From positions 1,596 to 55,479 of the forward strand of contig JBBTRG010000006.1 of NCBI GenBank assembly GCA_038065295.1: a DNA stretch of 53,884 nt, in the 5' to 3' direction. The translations under genes were made by a program, and so were the position numbers. Source of the stretch: Patescibacteria group bacterium. Lineage in GTDB: Bacteria > Patescibacteriota > Minisyncoccia > JACROR01. Positions 1 to 7,902 of this stretch are shown one piece after another. Below the pieces are notes generated by a model, which was not told the DNA's origin, did no database searches, and worked only from the letters and a program-made list of their open reading frames with translations. Numbering within the stretch: the stretch's first letter is position 1; the number at the start of each line of letters is the position of its first letter.

Positions 1-3000
1 TTTGGCACCAACGGCGGTAGTGTGGGAATTGGCACGACGAGTCCATGGGGAATACTTTCTATTCAAGGCACTGCGGGACAAACCGCGCCATTATTCATTA
101 TTGCGACATCAAGCGCGGCAACAAATCCTATTTTCGCGATTGATTCATCTGGCAACGTGAACATGCGGGGAATATTGAACGCTTCTTCCACATCATTCTT
201 CAGCGGCGATTCTCTCTTCAACGGAAATATCCTCATTGGATCAACCGGAACAACAACACACCTGGCTACCACAATACAAAATCACGCCCTGCAAATACAA
301 GGAGGTTTCAGCGCGGACGGAGATCTAGAAGCTCTCAATACATTTTATGTAAAACCGAGAACAGCCAGTTACGCCGGAGCTTCATTTGATACCGCCGCGA
401 GTGGCAATACGGATCCTCGCGGTATAACCCAATACGGAGGGTTCTTTTGGATGGTGGATCGCGCGGGGGCACAAGTATATAAATACACAACAACAGGAAC
501 TTATACGGGGGTATCTTTTGATACCGCCGCGAGTGGAAATACGAGTCCTCGCGGTATAGCCCAATACGGAGGGTTCTTTTGGATAACGGATGACTTGAGC
601 GACGGAGTGTATAAATACACCGGCGATGGAACTTATACCGGCATATCTTTTGATACTGCCGGTAGCTGGGGAAATACGAACCCTTCCGGAATTATTCAAT
701 ACGGAGGGTTCTTTTGGGTAACGGATGAGTCAGACGATGAGGTGTATAAATACACCACCGATGGAACGTACACCGGCATATCTTTTGATACTGCTGGAAG
801 CGGAAACGTAAATACTCGTCAAATTACCCAATACGGGGGGTTCTTTTGGGTAATCGGTTATGTAACCAATAGAGCGTACAAATACACCACCGATGGAACG
901 TACACAGGAGTGTTTTTTGATACCTCCGGAAGCGGGAATGGAAATCCTGTTGGTATAACCCAGTACGGAGGGTTCTTTTGGATAACGGATGATTCAGACG
1001 ATGAGGTATATAAATACGGAATCTCCACTGATACCTACACCACCGGGCTTACCGCCGCGACTTCTACCGCGCAGTTTGGGGTAGGCACCACTACCCCTTG
1101 GGGTCTTCTTTCCATAAATCCCAACGCACTGGGAGCGGGCGTGCCGTCTTTTGTCATTGGTTCTTCCACGGCTACGAGCTTGATTGTTACGAATGGCGGC
1201 AACGTCGGCATCGGGACGACGAATCCTCTTTCAACATTACAAATAGGAGCAGGCACTGGAACATATTTGCCAACCGCGACCCCTAAAACAATTATCTGGG
1301 ATACCAGCAATACAACTGCCAATGGAGGGAATGTCGCAATAGTAGCCAGCAATCTTACTGCGACTGGAATAGATCTTGGCGGTTCACTTTCTTTTGGCGG
1401 TGTAAATAATTCGAATGGAAATTTTACTGATTTCGCGTCTATCGCTGGCAGAAGAGAGGACAGTGTAGACGGCAATGCTCCTGGCTATCTATCTCTTTCT
1501 ACTCGCGTGAGCGCGGGAGCAATGACAGAGAGAATGCGTATTTCTTCTACCGGCAACGTCGGCATCGGGATGGCGAATCCAACAGACAATCTTCAGCTTG
1601 AAGATACTAATGCCTACACTGCAGGATTAAAAATTTCTTACAGCTCATCATACTATTCGAGAATAGGATACAACGAAGCCTCGAATAAATTAAAATTTAG
1701 CGGTAAGGATGGAACATCCGAATCTGATCGAATGACAATCGACATGACAAACGGCAACGTCGGCATTGGGACTATAGCGCCACAGACAACGCTTGGGATT
1801 CAAAGTACAGGAGCGGTAAGACAAGGTATAAACGCTCATCTAGAGGTCACAGATAACACTGCTTTTGCAGCAGGAGTTGGTGGTGGCATTGCCTTTAGCG
1901 GACAATACAGAACTCCGACCAGCAATACAGACTATGTGCCATATGGCTTAATTAAGGGATACAAACTTAATGCAACCTCAGCAGACTATAGTGGCGGATT
2001 GCAGTTTTACACCGTCACGAGCGGAGGAAACCTGACGCAAAAAATGGCTATAGATAATTCCGGCAACGTCGGCATAGGGACGACGACGCCGGTAACAAAA
2101 TTACACATATCGGGGGAAGCTGAGACACTTAGATTAAGTGGAGTTAGCACTGGAGCTAATAATATAGCATATTTAACATTTCATGATGTTAATAACGTGC
2201 GGAAGGGTTTTATCGGAGATGGTGCGGCTTCTAATTCAGATATTTATCTTATTTCTGATGCCGGAAATATTATAATCGCGGGTACAGGAGGCAATTGTAC
2301 GTTCACTGGCGCGGCAAGCGGAGGCACTTGTTTTTCCGACGCACGGCTCAAAAATATAACCGGTGATGTTACGGATGTATTAGATAAGTTTGCCCAACTC
2401 CAACTCAAGAATTTCTATTGGAATGATACGGCTCATGCTCTCTATAACACCTCTACCACCATTGAAAATACCGGTTTTGTCGCGCAGAGCGTAGAACAAA
2501 TTTTCCCGGAACTTATTGAAACGAACAGCGATGGGTATAAATCTCTCAACTATGCGCGCCTCGGACTTTATAGCATGGAAGCCATCAAAGAACTCAACGC
2601 TAAAGTAGATGTGATTAAAGCAGTAATTGACACATCTTCCGCCAGCACTACCGTTCCAAGCATGTTTATTGACGCTAACGGCAATGTCGGCATCGGGACG
2701 ACTACCCCCGTATATAAATTGCATATCGCGGGAGATGTTGCCGCCACGGGATTCGTCAATGTTTCTACCCGGGAAGCCAAAAAAGACATTACTTATTTGA
2801 ATGATTCTGATGAAGAATCCGCCCTCGCGAAGATCACGAGCACGAACATCGCCACCTACATCTACATAAGTGAGACTTATGTAGACGGGACAGATGCAAC
2901 GGGTGAGGTAAACAGCGCGGGCATTCCTCGCCGTTTAGGCCTTATAGCTGAAGAAGCTCCCGTGGAGATATTGTCGCCCGATCACAAAGGAGTTGACCTC

Positions 3001-3543
3001 TACAAGATGACGGCGTTTCTCTGGAGCGGAGTAAAAGCGCAACAGAAGCAGATTGAGGTGCTCGCATTGAAGGTGGCGGATATTGAAGCTAAAGTCGCGG
3101 CCATGTCCAATGAGGGAAGAACGACGGACGCAGGAGGCGCGTCTGTTTCATCGGCTTTATCAATTTCGGATATCGCGACATTTTTTAATTCCATGGGTGC
3201 GTCAATTTCTAGCGGCATGATCCAAGCTACGGAATTTATCGCCAACAAAATAACCGCGAAGAAAGTTACGACTGATGCGCTGGAAATGAAAGACTCCGTA
3301 ACGGGAGAAGTTTATTGCGTGCGAATTTCGGGCGGTGAATGGAACAAGTTTAAAGGAACTTGCGGAGAATTTATAGCTGAACCGGCTCCGGCAACTGTCG
3401 TAGAGCCTGTTTTGGAACCGGCACCCACTGACACTGCGACATCCACGACAACGGCAGACACCTCTACAACCCAAACTTCTGCAACTGAAACGGCAACAAC
3501 TACACCGGTTACGGATGTTGCCACCACTACCAGCACCCCATAA
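1..3543 (+). CDS. Large modular surface/fibre protein (5'-truncated): beta-propeller-type repeats, GNVGIGTT-delimited modules, two peptidase S74 (intramolecular chaperone) domains, Thr/Pro-rich tail
   Basis: Frame is open from base 1 (FGTNGGSVGIGTT), so the true start is upstream of the window. Repeated GNVGIGT(T) motifs. S74-like motifs FSDARLKNI...GFVAQSVEQIFPELI...LNY...EAIKEL (~2332-2610) and STREAKKDI...LGLIAEEAP...VDLY (~2764-3070). Low-complexity T/A/P C-terminus. Confidence 0.8.
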   Translation, partial: FGTNGGSVGIGTTSPWGILSIQGTAGQTAPLFIIATSSAATNPIFAIDSSGNVNMRGILNASSTSFFSGDSLFNGNILIGSTGTTTHLATTIQNHALQIQGGFSADGDLEALNTFYVKPRTASYAGASFDTAASGNTDPRGITQYGGFFWMVDRAGAQVYKYTTTGTYTGVSFDTAASGNTSPRGIAQYGGFFWITDDLSDGVYKYTGDGTYTGISFDTAGSWGNTNPSGIIQYGGFFWVTDESDDEVYKYTTDGTYTGISFDTAGSGNVNTRQITQYGGFFWVIGYVTNRAYKYTTDGTYTGVFFDTSGSGNGNPVGITQYGGFFWITDDSDDEVYKYGISTDTYTTGLTAATSTAQFGVGTTTPWGLLSINPNALGAGVPSFVIGSSTATSLIVTNGGNVGIGTTNPLSTLQIGAGTGTYLPTATPKTIIWDTSNTTANGGNVAIVASNLTATGIDLGGSLSFGGVNNSNGNFTDFASIAGRREDSVDGNAPGYLSLSTRVSAGAMTERMRISSTGNVGIGMANPTDNLQLEDTNAYTAGLKISYSSSYYSRIGYNEASNKLKFSGKDGTSESDRMTIDMTNGNVGIGTIAPQTTLGIQSTGAVRQGINAHLEVTDNTAFAAGVGGGIAFSGQYRTPTSNTDYVPYGLIKGYKLNATSADYSGGLQFYTVTSGGNLTQKMAIDNSGNVGIGTTTPVTKLHISGEAETLRLSGVSTGANNIAYLTFHDVNNVRKGFIGDGAASNSDIYLISDAGNIIIAGTGGNCTFTGAASGGTCFSDARLKNITGDVTDVLDKFAQLQLKNFYWNDTAHALYNTSTTIENTGFVAQSVEQIFPELIETNSDGYKSLNYARLGLYSMEAIKELNAKVDVIKAVIDTSSASTTVPSMFIDANGNVGIGTTTPVYKLHIAGDVAATGFVNVSTREAKKDITYLNDSDEESALAKITSTNIATYIYISETYVDGTDATGEVNSAGIPRRLGLIAEEAPVEILSPDHKGVDLYKMTAFLWSGVKAQQKQIEVLALKVADIEAKVAAMSNEGRTTDAGGASVSSALSISDIATFFNSMGASISSGMIQATEFIANKITAKKVTTDALEMKDSVTGEVYCVRISGGEWNKFKGTCGEFIAEPAPATVVEPVLEPAPTDTATSTTTADTSTTQTSATETATTTPVTDVATTTSTP
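370..1017 (+). repeat. Five intragenic tandem repeats of ~132 nt (44 aa), probable beta-propeller blades
   Basis: Unit YTGxSFDTAxSGNxxPxGIxQYGGFFWITDxxxDxVYKYTTDGT. The tttgatac anchor recurs at ~385, 517, 649, 784 and 916 (periods 132/132/135/132). Confidence 0.9.
2861..2885. repeat. Single REP-like hairpin in frame within the surface protein gene
   Basis: TCTACATAAGT-GAG-ACTTATGTAGA: 11-bp perfect stem. Core CATAAGTGAGACTTATG is identical to half of the palindromes flanking the transposase. Confidence 0.85.
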
Positions 3544-3580
3544 GTCTCACTTATGTATACATAAGTGAGACTTATGGGGT
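3535..3580. repeat. 46-bp perfect palindrome (two inverted REP-like hairpins), left flank of RAYT
   Basis: ACCCCATAAGTCTCACTTATGTATACATAAGTGAGACTTATGGGGT equals its own reverse complement. It contains the TAA stop (3541-3543) of the upstream gene. Confidence 0.95.
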
Positions 3581-3620
3581 AGAATAATTACAATATTGGA
3601 CAAATAGCTTAATTATTATT

Positions 3621-4274
3621 ATGAATCGCAAAATTGAATTCTCCATCGGAGAATTTTATCACCTGTATAATAGAGGTAATAATAAAGGAAAGATATTTCT
3701 GAACTACGGAGATAATGACCGATTTTTAAAATTATTATTTCTTTGCAATAATACCAAGCCGGTTGTTTTTAGAGACATTCCTAATCATGCAATCTACGAC
3801 AACGAGCGCCGCGCAAATACTCTAGTGGATATTGGCGGCTACTGTCTGATGCCAAATCATTTTCATATCTTGGTGTTTGAGAGGGAAGAGGGCGGCATCA
3901 GTTTATTTATGCAAAAATTATCAACTGCGTACTCTTTGTATTTTAATAAAAAACATTATCGTACCGGTAAATTATTTGAAGGAGTTTTTCAGGCGACTCA
4001 TGCCCAAGATGACGGATATCTCCAGTATCTTTTTGCCTATATTCATCTGAATCCAGTGAAATTACTGGAACCGCAATGGAAAGAAAAAGGCATTGTAGAT
4101 GTGGCCAAGGCGGAAGGATTTTTGCACAATTATCAATATTCAAGCTACCAAGATTATGTTGGTGGCTCGCGTTCTGAAGCGGCAATTTTGAATAAAGACG
4201 CTTTCCCAAAATATTTTGAGAGCAAAAAAGAATTCCAAGATTATTTAAAAGATTGGCTGACTTATCAACCGTAA
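3621..4274 (+). CDS. REP-associated tyrosine transposase (RAYT; Y1/HUH, IS200-like)
   Basis: YHLYNRG N-terminal motif, YCLMPNHFHIL (HUH), LFEGVF, YIHLNPV (catalytic Tyr) and YQYSSY tail typical of RAYT. Flanked by palindromes; no tnpB. Confidence 0.9.
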   Translation: MNRKIEFSIGEFYHLYNRGNNKGKIFLNYGDNDRFLKLLFLCNNTKPVVFRDIPNHAIYDNERRANTLVDIGGYCLMPNHFHILVFEREEGGISLFMQKLSTAYSLYFNKKHYRTGKLFEGVFQATHAQDDGYLQYLFAYIHLNPVKLLEPQWKEKGIVDVAKAEGFLHNYQYSSYQDYVGGSRSEAAILNKDAFPKYFESKKEFQDYLKDWLTYQP

Positions 4275-4279
4275 ACCAA

Positions 4280-4323
4280 TACCCATAAGTCTCACTTATG
4301 TACATAAGTGAGACTTATGGGTA
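4280..4323. repeat. 44-bp perfect palindrome, right flank of RAYT
   Basis: TACCCATAAGTCTCACTTATGTACATAAGTGAGACTTATGGGTA is self-complementary. It differs from the left copy at the centre (GTAC vs GTATAC) and the outer ends. Confidence 0.95.
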
Positions 4324-4330
4324 ACAAAAA

Positions 4331-4945
4331 ATGCGGCTAAAAAAGAAATTTTTTGAACAAAATACGCTGAGAGTCGCGCGTGAACTGCTCGGAAAAACGC
4401 TGGTGCGTAAATGGCGCGGCAAGGAACTTCGCGGCGTCATAACCGAGACCGAAGCGTATAGAGGTTTTAGCGACAAAGCCTCGCATGCCTGCCTGTCCGG
4501 TAGGCAGGCCTACCTGTCCGGTAGGCAGGTTTCGCGCGGAATAACGCCACGCACCGCTCTCATGTTCGGAGAAGCGGGGAGAGCGTATGTTTATCTGATT
4601 TACGGAATACACCACTGCCTTAATATAGTAACGGAGAAAAACGGTTATCCTGCGGCAGTGCTCATCCGTTCCATTTGGCTATCCGATAGCCAAATGACAA
4701 TTAATGGACCGGGAAGAATATGCAAATTTTTGCATATTGATAAAACGCTAAACGGCGAAGATATTATAAAAAGCCGGAAACTTTGGATTGAATCCAATCT
4801 TGCCGCGCAAAGGCCGAATAAAATTTTACGGGGACCAAGAATCGGCATTGATTATGCCGGTGAATGGAAAGATAAGCCCTGGCGATTCTATTTGGCTATC
4901 GGACAGCCAAATAGAATAAAACGAAAAAATAAAATGCTATCTTAA
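4331..4945 (+). CDS. mpg: DNA-3-methyladenine glycosylase (MPG family) with 14-aa repeat-derived insertion
   Basis: VARELLGK, ITETEAY, AYVYLIYGIHHCLNIV, AAVLIR, NGPGR, RIGIDYA, PWRF motifs. Confidence 0.92.
   Translation: MRLKKKFFEQNTLRVARELLGKTLVRKWRGKELRGVITETEAYRGFSDKASHACLSGRQAYLSGRQVSRGITPRTALMFGEAGRAYVYLIYGIHHCLNIVTEKNGYPAAVLIRSIWLSDSQMTINGPGRICKFLHIDKTLNGEDIIKSRKLWIESNLAAQRPNKILRGPRIGIDYAGEWKDKPWRFYLAIGQPNRIKRKNKMLS
4487..4530. repeat. Two tandem 21-nt palindromic units in frame in mpg
   Basis: GCCTGCCTGTCCGGTAGGCAG GCCTACCTGTCCGGTAGGCAG GT; encodes CLSGRQAYLSGRQV between KASHA and SRG. Confidence 0.9.
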
Positions 4946-4949
4946 AATT

Positions 4950-7667
4950 ATGGAAGAAAATATGATTTGGCACGCAAGACACCCAAAGGAAATAGCGGAA
5001 CAATTACATTCCAATTTAAAAAACGGGCTGTCTTTTGAACAATACAAAAGTTCTCTGAAATTATACGGTCCCAACGCGATTGAAAAGAAAAAACGATTTT
5101 GGCTGGCCAATTTATTGTGGCATCAAATAAAAAGCCCGCTAGTTTTTATTTTAATTTTTGCGGGCATCGTGGCAGCGGCGCTTCATGAGTGGTCGGATGC
5201 CGCGGTTATAAGCATAACCTTGATTATAAACACCGCGGTAGGCGCGCTCCAGGAAGGCAAAGCAGACAAAGCATTTGATAAGTTAAAAGATTTGGTTAAG
5301 AAACGCTCAATCGTGATTCGCGATGGAAAAGAAATGGAAGTGGATTCCGAAACTTTGGTGCCGGGTGACATTATAATAGTAAGAGCGGGAGATCGCGCGG
5401 GCGCGGACGCGAGAATTATTGAATCCAAAACCCTTTTTGCCAATGAATCAGAACTAACTGGAGAATGGATGCCAACGGAAAAACACGCGAATCTAGTGAC
5501 AGAATCCGCGCGCATTACCGAAAGAACAAATATGGTATGGATGGGCACCACCATGACGGAAGGGTGGGGCATGGCGATTGTGACAGGGACGGCAAAATAT
5601 ACGGAATTTGGCAAAATAGCGGCTTCTCTAGAAGAGACCGAGGCACTGCCCGCGCCTTTCCAAAAAGGCATTAAACGGCTGGCGCATTACATTGCTGCCA
5701 TTATCGTTGTGGCATCTATAATAATTTTTGCCGTTGGCACGCTGAAGGGGGAGGATTTGTCACAAATGTTTTTGGTAGCCGTAGCCATTTCGGTTGCCGC
5801 CATACCGGAGGGGCTTCCCATAGCCACCACGGTAATATTGGCGATAGGAATGGGACGCGTACTGAAAAGGGGCGGCTTAATACGAAGCCTGGCCGCTACC
5901 GAAACTTTGGGGTCAACCAGCATAATATTGACGGATAAAACCGGAACGCTCACTCGCGCGGAAATGGAAGTGTTAGATATAATAACGCCCGAAGAAATTC
6001 TACGGCACATACGCGCGGAGGATAGCGAACTTTTGCCTTCCAAATTGTACGCTCTGGAAATTGGAGTACTGTCAGCTGACGCATTTATAGAAAATCCGGA
6101 AGCGGAATTAAAAAATTTGATAATCCGCGGCAAACCGACGGAAACAGCCCTACTACGCGCGGGCATTCATGCCGGTCTTCATCCGATAGAAATAATAAAA
6201 CGCAATCCACGTCTGGATTTTCTGCCGTTTGACGCGGAGCGGAGACTTGCCGCGTCGCTCAATAAAATGGAAAAGGGTTCGCAACTCTCCGCCGCAGGCG
6301 CTCCGGAAAAAATTTTAAATATTTGTAGCCGCGTTAAAATAGGAGATAAAATTTTCAAAATAAGCGATAAAGCGCGCGCGCAATTAATTGACGCCTACCA
6401 AAAAGCCACGAGTAAGGGATCGCGGGTATTGGGATTGGCGTATAAAACAAACCGCTGGAAAGAAATATTCGGTAAAACCGATGAAGAAGATGCCGGGGAC
6501 GAAATTTTGGGAAGCGATTTTATTTTTGCCGGATTCGTATTGCTGCACGACCCGCTGCGAAAAGACGCCAAATACGCGATCCATGAGGCGAGAAAGGCCG
6601 GATTACGTCCCATCATGATGACCGGAGATCATCCAGCCACCGCTTTTGCCGTGGCAGAACAGGTGGGATTGATTGATACCATAAACAGTCATGACGCGAA
6701 AAATGAAAGAATTATGGATGGAGAAAGGCTGGAAAAGATGAGCCCGGACGATTTGGAAAAAATAATAGACAAAATAGATGTTTACGCGCGAGTCCTGCCG
6801 CACCAAAAAATGAAAATAGTGGAAGCGTGGCAAAAAAGAGGAGAAGTGGTGGCAATGACCGGAGACGGAGTGAACGACGCGCCAGCGTTAAAACGCGCGG
6901 ATATTGGCATAGCGCTGGGGTCGGGAACGGATGTGGCGAAAGAAGCGTCTGATTTGGTACTCCTCAATAACAGCTTCAGCGTAATCATCGCGGCCATAGA
7001 AGGCGGCAGAGTTATCGTGGACAATTTGAGAAAAGTGGTTACTTTTCTTTTAAGCACCGGTTTTACAGAAATCGTTTTGATAGGCGGCGCCCTCATGGTA
7101 GGGTTGCCTCTGCCAGTGCTTCCCGCGCAAATTTTATGGGCGAATTTAATTGAAGAAGGTTTTATGAATTTTGCTTTCGCTTTTGAACCGAAAGAATCTG
7201 ACATTATGGGACGCGATCCGCGCGCCCATTCATCGCGGCAAATTCTTACGCGAGAAATGCTGTGGATTATTTTCGGAGTAGGCATGATTACCAATTTATT
7301 TTTATTCATATTATTTGCCTCGTTAATTTATTTGGAATATCCCATACAAGAAATCCGCACCATGATGTTCGCGGGTCTTGCTATAGACGCCATTTTCTTC
7401 GTCTACCCGTTAAAAAGCCTGCGCGAACCTTTGTGGAAAATAAACTTATTTTCCAATCCCTATCTTCTTATAGCTAATGTTGTAAGCATGATTTTGCTGG
7501 CAATGGCGCTTACTTTTTCGCCGTTGCAACGCCTGCTTTCTCTGGCGCCCATAAGCATCTGGGAATTTTTGACGATTTTAGGATTGGGCATTATGGATTT
7601 AATCGCGCTTGAAGCGGCCAAACTTTACTTCATAAAAAAGACGGCAAATCCTCCCCAAATGGTATAA
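4950..7667 (+). CDS. P-type cation-transporting ATPase (type IIA, Ca2+-ATPase-like)
   Basis: IPEGLP, DKTGTLT phosphorylation site, DPLR, TGDH, MTGDGVNDAPALKRADIG and multiple TM segments. Confidence 0.93.
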   Translation: MEENMIWHARHPKEIAEQLHSNLKNGLSFEQYKSSLKLYGPNAIEKKKRFWLANLLWHQIKSPLVFILIFAGIVAAALHEWSDAAVISITLIINTAVGALQEGKADKAFDKLKDLVKKRSIVIRDGKEMEVDSETLVPGDIIIVRAGDRAGADARIIESKTLFANESELTGEWMPTEKHANLVTESARITERTNMVWMGTTMTEGWGMAIVTGTAKYTEFGKIAASLEETEALPAPFQKGIKRLAHYIAAIIVVASIIIFAVGTLKGEDLSQMFLVAVAISVAAIPEGLPIATTVILAIGMGRVLKRGGLIRSLAATETLGSTSIILTDKTGTLTRAEMEVLDIITPEEILRHIRAEDSELLPSKLYALEIGVLSADAFIENPEAELKNLIIRGKPTETALLRAGIHAGLHPIEIIKRNPRLDFLPFDAERRLAASLNKMEKGSQLSAAGAPEKILNICSRVKIGDKIFKISDKARAQLIDAYQKATSKGSRVLGLAYKTNRWKEIFGKTDEEDAGDEILGSDFIFAGFVLLHDPLRKDAKYAIHEARKAGLRPIMMTGDHPATAFAVAEQVGLIDTINSHDAKNERIMDGERLEKMSPDDLEKIIDKIDVYARVLPHQKMKIVEAWQKRGEVVAMTGDGVNDAPALKRADIGIALGSGTDVAKEASDLVLLNNSFSVIIAAIEGGRVIVDNLRKVVTFLLSTGFTEIVLIGGALMVGLPLPVLPAQILWANLIEEGFMNFAFAFEPKESDIMGRDPRAHSSRQILTREMLWIIFGVGMITNLFLFILFASLIYLEYPIQEIRTMMFAGLAIDAIFFVYPLKSLREPLWKINLFSNPYLLIANVVSMILLAMALTFSPLQRLLSLAPISIWEFLTILGLGIMDLIALEAAKLYFIKKTANPPQMV

Positions 7668-7676
7668 TGTAAAAAC

Positions 7677-7865
7677 ATGAATACTTACTATAAAATTTTT
7701 GAAGGACTGCAAGACATCGCTCAGGGAATCGCCGCGATTTTGGGAAGGCTTATTGCTTTTGCGCTGGGATTTAAGATACTTATAATTTTGATGATTGCGA
7801 CAGCCAGCATGTCTTTTTTGCTGATCATGCATTATTTGCGGGTAAAAACTAAAACCGGGCATTAA
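7677..7865 (+). CDS. Small hypothetical membrane protein
   Basis: 62 aa, hydrophobic, fills the gap between the ATPase and rmuC. TGG-TATAAT lies 8 nt before the ATG. Confidence 0.55.
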   Translation: MNTYYKIFEGLQDIAQGIAAILGRLIAFALGFKILIILMIATASMSFLLIMHYLRVKTKTGH

Positions 7866-7902
7866 TTGGTTAATTTTTAGACAAATTATATAATTAGAAG
7901 CA

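Larger units (their letters stand above)
3535..4323. mobile_element. REP-RAYT locus (REPtron-like): transposase between two near-identical palindromes
   Basis: Palindromes at 3535-3580 and 4280-4323 bracket the Y1 transposase gene. Confidence 0.75.

Noticed and set aside
370-1017. Regular repeats as a CRISPR array
   Set aside because: The period is 132-135 nt, in frame, with similarity across the whole unit and no unique spacers. These are coding repeats.
1-3543. Prophage tail fibre indicating a prophage
   Set aside because: No integrase, terminase, capsid or other phage genes downstream; neighbours are housekeeping. The upstream context is outside the window.
3621-4274. IS200/IS605 element with TnpB
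   Set aside because: No tnpB follows. The C-terminal YQYSSY extension and symmetric flanking palindromes fit RAYT better.
5183-7477. Numerous 60-220 aa antisense or alternate-frame ORFs nested in conserved genes (here and throughout the window)
   Set aside because: Shadow ORFs of well-supported genes, with no motifs or expression signals.
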